Shown here piece after piece: positions 61,148 through 64,000 of a stretch of 64,000 nt of DNA. Numbering within the stretch: the stretch's first letter is position 1; each line of letters begins with the position of its first letter. The DNA comes from an uncultured bacterium (lineage in GTDB: Bacteria > Fidelibacterota > UBA2242): assembly GCA_964605705.1 (NCBI GenBank), contig CAZSDW010000001.1, forward strand, positions 70,007 to 134,006, read 5' to 3'. The position numbers and the translations under genes are program-made. The notes below the pieces were generated by a model, which ran no database searches, was not told the DNA's origin, and saw nothing but the letters and a program-made list of their open reading frames with translations.

Positions 61148-61717
61148 ATGGCATTTCGATATGAGATACGATTAAGCGGTTCCGGTGGTCAGGGATTGAT
61201 CCTGATTGGTAAGGTTCTGGCGGAAGCGGCGGCGATATATGACGGTTTGAATGCCACCCAAAGCCAATCTTATGGACCGGAAGCCCGTGGCGGCGCCAGT
61301 CGCTCGGAGGTCATTATTTCCGATGGGGATATTGATTATCCCAAAGCTGAAAACATTGATATTCTACTGGCATTAACCCAGGAAGCCTGTGATAAATACC
61401 TCGCTGATCTTAAAGCCGGCGGAATCCTGTTAATCGATTCACAGATGGTTACGAATATTCCGAAAGGTAATTATCAGATAGTCTCAATTCCGATCATTCA
61501 ATCGGCGGTTGAGCGGTTGGGAAAATTTCTTGTTTCGAATATTATTGCTCTAGGGATTATAACAATTCTGACTGGAGTCGTTTCGGAGGATTCTGTCAAG
61601 CACGCCATCCGGGCGCGGGTTCCCAAAGGCACCGAAGAGATCAATATCAAAGCTTTTTATACCGGCATCGAGCTGGCGCGTAACTGGCAAAAAGAAAATG
61701 CTTCGGTGAATAAATAA
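61148..61717 (+). CDS. korC: 2-oxoacid:ferredoxin oxidoreductase gamma subunit
   Basis: …RLSGSGGQG…SYGPEARGG… gamma-subunit signature. Confidence 0.8.
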   Translation: MAFRYEIRLSGSGGQGLILIGKVLAEAAAIYDGLNATQSQSYGPEARGGASRSEVIISDGDIDYPKAENIDILLALTQEACDKYLADLKAGGILLIDSQMVTNIPKGNYQIVSIPIIQSAVERLGKFLVSNIIALGIITILTGVVSEDSVKHAIRARVPKGTEEINIKAFYTGIELARNWQKENASVNK

Positions 61718-61735
61718 TCAAATGTTCAAATAATT

Positions 61736-64000
61736 TTGATCCACAACATCGACTTTTCGACGATTGATCTTTTCGGGCGCGTTGACGCTCTGGGGAATCA
61801 TCACAAAAAGCATCTCTATAATATTGAAAAAAATTTTGATGCACTGGTTTCGTTAATTGACGAAAAACATCTGTTTGATCAATTTCGTCTGTTGCGTTTT
61901 TCCTCTCAGCCGGTGAAGGAAATGAAGCTGATCACGGACTTTATCAAAGATCGTGAGACCTTATTGGAAATGCTGGGCTGCTACTACTCACTGCAATTTT
62001 TGCTGATGAATATCAAAGCCCTCGATGTTTTGCGGATGAATCTCTCGACACCCACCGATCGCTATGAAAATTTCCACCGGTTTTTGCTAAGAACGGGATC
62101 TGATTTCAGGCTTTTAAGCGGCGCTTATATGTCAGTGTTATTGGACATTTTCATGTCTAAAGTCAATCGTCCGGAATTTGTTGTTTGCTGTGTCGGGACG
62201 AGAGTTGACCAGGATGATATTGATCTGGGGGTGATTGATCGGGGACAGAAAGACCGCGACATTATTACGAAAGCTTTTGGCTTGCTGAATAATGAGATGC
62301 TGAAAAATGCGAGCGCGCTGCATTTTCATCTGTCCGAACACGTGGGCAAAAGTGGCTATTCAGCCTCAATCCGGGAATATCATGAACTGCTGGATGACGA
62401 GATCCAGGATTTTGTGATTCTCAGCGAAATGTTGAACGCTGTTCCGATGATTGGGCGACTGAAGCTCTTTCAGCATTTTAAAGAAGATGTTATGAATCGC
62501 TACTACTACCATCCCGTTCAGGACAATCGTTATCATGAGGGATGCTTACGGGGGCTGCTGGGTGAAATTCGTGACCTGGTCATGAATGAACCCGCCGAGA
62601 ATATTCTGATTCCCAAACGAGATGCACTGCGGATGCTGAAAGCGACGGTTTTTGCATTGAAAACATGGAAAGGGATTGACCGTAATACAACCCTGGAAGT
62701 GCTGGAGGTGTTGATAAAAACTGATCTGGCGAACCGGGAGGACTATCTTCGGATTCATAGTGCGCATACATTTTTTGAGACATTCCGCTTCTTGTATCAT
62801 CTGTTTGTCGTGCAGGAAGAGGAGATTTATCTGGATAATGATTTTGTGTCGGACAGTCTTCAGCAGGTCGCTTTGGCAATGGGCTATGAAGATAAAAATT
62901 ATGCCCCGGCATATACCCAATTACTGATTCAGTATCAGGACATGCAGAAGACGGCAAAACAGGGCGCCGAGCGACTGATTCAGCAGATCAATAAGCATCT
63001 CAGTAATATCACGATGTTTAGCTCTATTACCCAATCCTCTGTCCAGGACGAACAATCCTTGGATACGCGGATAAATATTGCCACGGAGTTTATTAAGAAA
63101 TCTGTCTTTTTCCGGGGAACCCGGTTTTGGGACGATGTGTTTACCATACTTGATCGGGACGACGAGGTTTTGCTAACCCGTTTCCTGGATGATTTCCTGT
63201 CGCTGCCGGATCAACAGATGAGATCACTTGTCAAAACCTATATACGCTGGGGACGTCAGTCGCCGTATTCATTAATATGTCTGATTACGATTATTGTAAA
63301 GCATCGCCCGGCTCTGGCAGAATCCGGTTTCATTCGGCAGTTTCTTGATGAATTTATCAACAATATTGAAGGGACTCATGAAAATATCAGCCGCCTGTGC
63401 TATGTCCTGAATTTTGCCCCGCGGATGATGAACAATTTTCTGGCGCTCCTGACCGAGAACCACCTGCGGCAGCTGATTAAAATCCTCGATTATCCTATCT
63501 GGCGCCCGGATATAGAAATTGTTTTGAATAATCTGATCAGGCTTTGCAAGCTGTATAAAAACAGCAGCTATTATTTTCAGCGTTTTGTACAGCGGGTTTT
63601 CAATTCCTATGCCGCCTATATTTCATCGCTGAATAATGAACCAAAGTTTGCCCAGATAGCTGATGGATTACTGCGAAATCTTGACAATTTTGAAACGCTT
63701 CAGACCAAGATAGAAAAACTTGGTGATTATTACGATTTTGAATTTTTACGGCTCGGAATCAGGGCGGTTAATGGCGGTAATTTTGAAAGTATCAATAAGC
63801 AATTCACGATATTTTCTGACAATTATATCCAGATTCTTTTTGACCTGTGTCGCGAGGAAGTGTCAAAGGAAAGAGAGTATGGCATACCTGAAACCAAAGA
63901 TTTACTGGCGGTTTTCGCCGCGGGCGGTCATGCCAGAAGCCAGTCTTTTGATGATGACTATGATCTGATTATTTTACTGAATTCCGATGATGAGAATATG
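61736..64000 (+). CDS. GlnE/GlnD-like tandem nucleotidyltransferase-domain protein, 5' portion (runs off window; start uncertain, TTG 61736 or later)
   Basis: Stop-free frame from 61718 to the window end, >750 codons. Two NTase-like motifs VVCCVGTRVDQDDIDLGVI and LAVFAAGGHARSQSFDDDYDLIILL resemble the GlnE G-x-x-G-R-x-E…SD-x-DL motifs. Confidence 0.45.
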   Translation, partial: MIHNIDFSTIDLFGRVDALGNHHKKHLYNIEKNFDALVSLIDEKHLFDQFRLLRFSSQPVKEMKLITDFIKDRETLLEMLGCYYSLQFLLMNIKALDVLRMNLSTPTDRYENFHRFLLRTGSDFRLLSGAYMSVLLDIFMSKVNRPEFVVCCVGTRVDQDDIDLGVIDRGQKDRDIITKAFGLLNNEMLKNASALHFHLSEHVGKSGYSASIREYHELLDDEIQDFVILSEMLNAVPMIGRLKLFQHFKEDVMNRYYYHPVQDNRYHEGCLRGLLGEIRDLVMNEPAENILIPKRDALRMLKATVFALKTWKGIDRNTTLEVLEVLIKTDLANREDYLRIHSAHTFFETFRFLYHLFVVQEEEIYLDNDFVSDSLQQVALAMGYEDKNYAPAYTQLLIQYQDMQKTAKQGAERLIQQINKHLSNITMFSSITQSSVQDEQSLDTRINIATEFIKKSVFFRGTRFWDDVFTILDRDDEVLLTRFLDDFLSLPDQQMRSLVKTYIRWGRQSPYSLICLITIIVKHRPALAESGFIRQFLDEFINNIEGTHENISRLCYVLNFAPRMMNNFLALLTENHLRQLIKILDYPIWRPDIEIVLNNLIRLCKLYKNSSYYFQRFVQRVFNSYAAYISSLNNEPKFAQIADGLLRNLDNFETLQTKIEKLGDYYDFEFLRLGIRAVNGGNFESINKQFTIFSDNYIQILFDLCREEVSKEREYGIPETKDLLAVFAAGGHARSQSFDDDYDLIILLNSDDENM

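Noticed and set aside
61715-61740. Possible stop-codon read-through from korC into the downstream GlnE-like frame (same reading frame)
   Set aside because: Same-frame continuity is a one-in-three coincidence. The proteins are functionally unrelated and no recoding signal is evident. It is kept only as a note under the GlnE-like finding.

Overview
This window reads as an origin-proximal chromosomal segment of an AT-rich bacterium, probably from the FCB group or a candidate phylum. That placement rests on sigma70-like TTGACA promoters, a T9SS-type/FlgD-Ig-like C-terminal sorting domain and a four-subunit 2-oxoacid:ferredoxin oxidoreductase. Gene order is dense and almost entirely housekeeping. 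It runs: SurA-like PPIase, dnaN, recF, a DUF721/DciA-like gene, gyrB, gyrA, yggS, divIVA and a divergent PNP-like gene. Next comes a 5-gene minus-strand operon of secreted LPP20-like lipoproteins, then a 1.4k-aa lamin-tail-domain repeat protein with a sorting CTD plus an outer-membrane-like partner. After these come a DnaJ-like protein DjlA homolog, birA, coaX, a HEAT-cyclophilin fusion and a secreted glycoside-hydrolase-like protein. Then follow a CaCA antiporter, a CN-hydrolase plus saccharopine-DH-like pair, a B12-rSAM/DUF2344, rng, rplU and rpmA. Further on are a ferredoxin not in the ORF track, an MFS transporter, TPR proteins, a GNAT, Nif3, nitroreductase, cyclase, and a B12-rSAM with two glycosyltransferases. 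The window ends with mgtE, a CPBP protease, a TlpA-like redoxin, a TrmH-family methyltransferase, ldcA, the korDABC-type operon and a partial GlnE-like tandem-nucleotidyltransferase gene. No tRNA or rRNA genes, CRISPR arrays, transposases or integrases were found. I found no clear mobile-element or defence island. The observations most worth a second look are these: a triple TTATTAACAAAT box array in the AT-rich region upstream of dnaN, a candidate oriC or dnaN regulatory region; a gyrB N-terminus with no canonical start codon; the LPP20-paralog operon beside the giant LTD-repeat surface protein; the unlisted ferredoxin; and an HpnI/HpnJ-like glycosyltransferase family 2 (GT2) + B12-rSAM pair.
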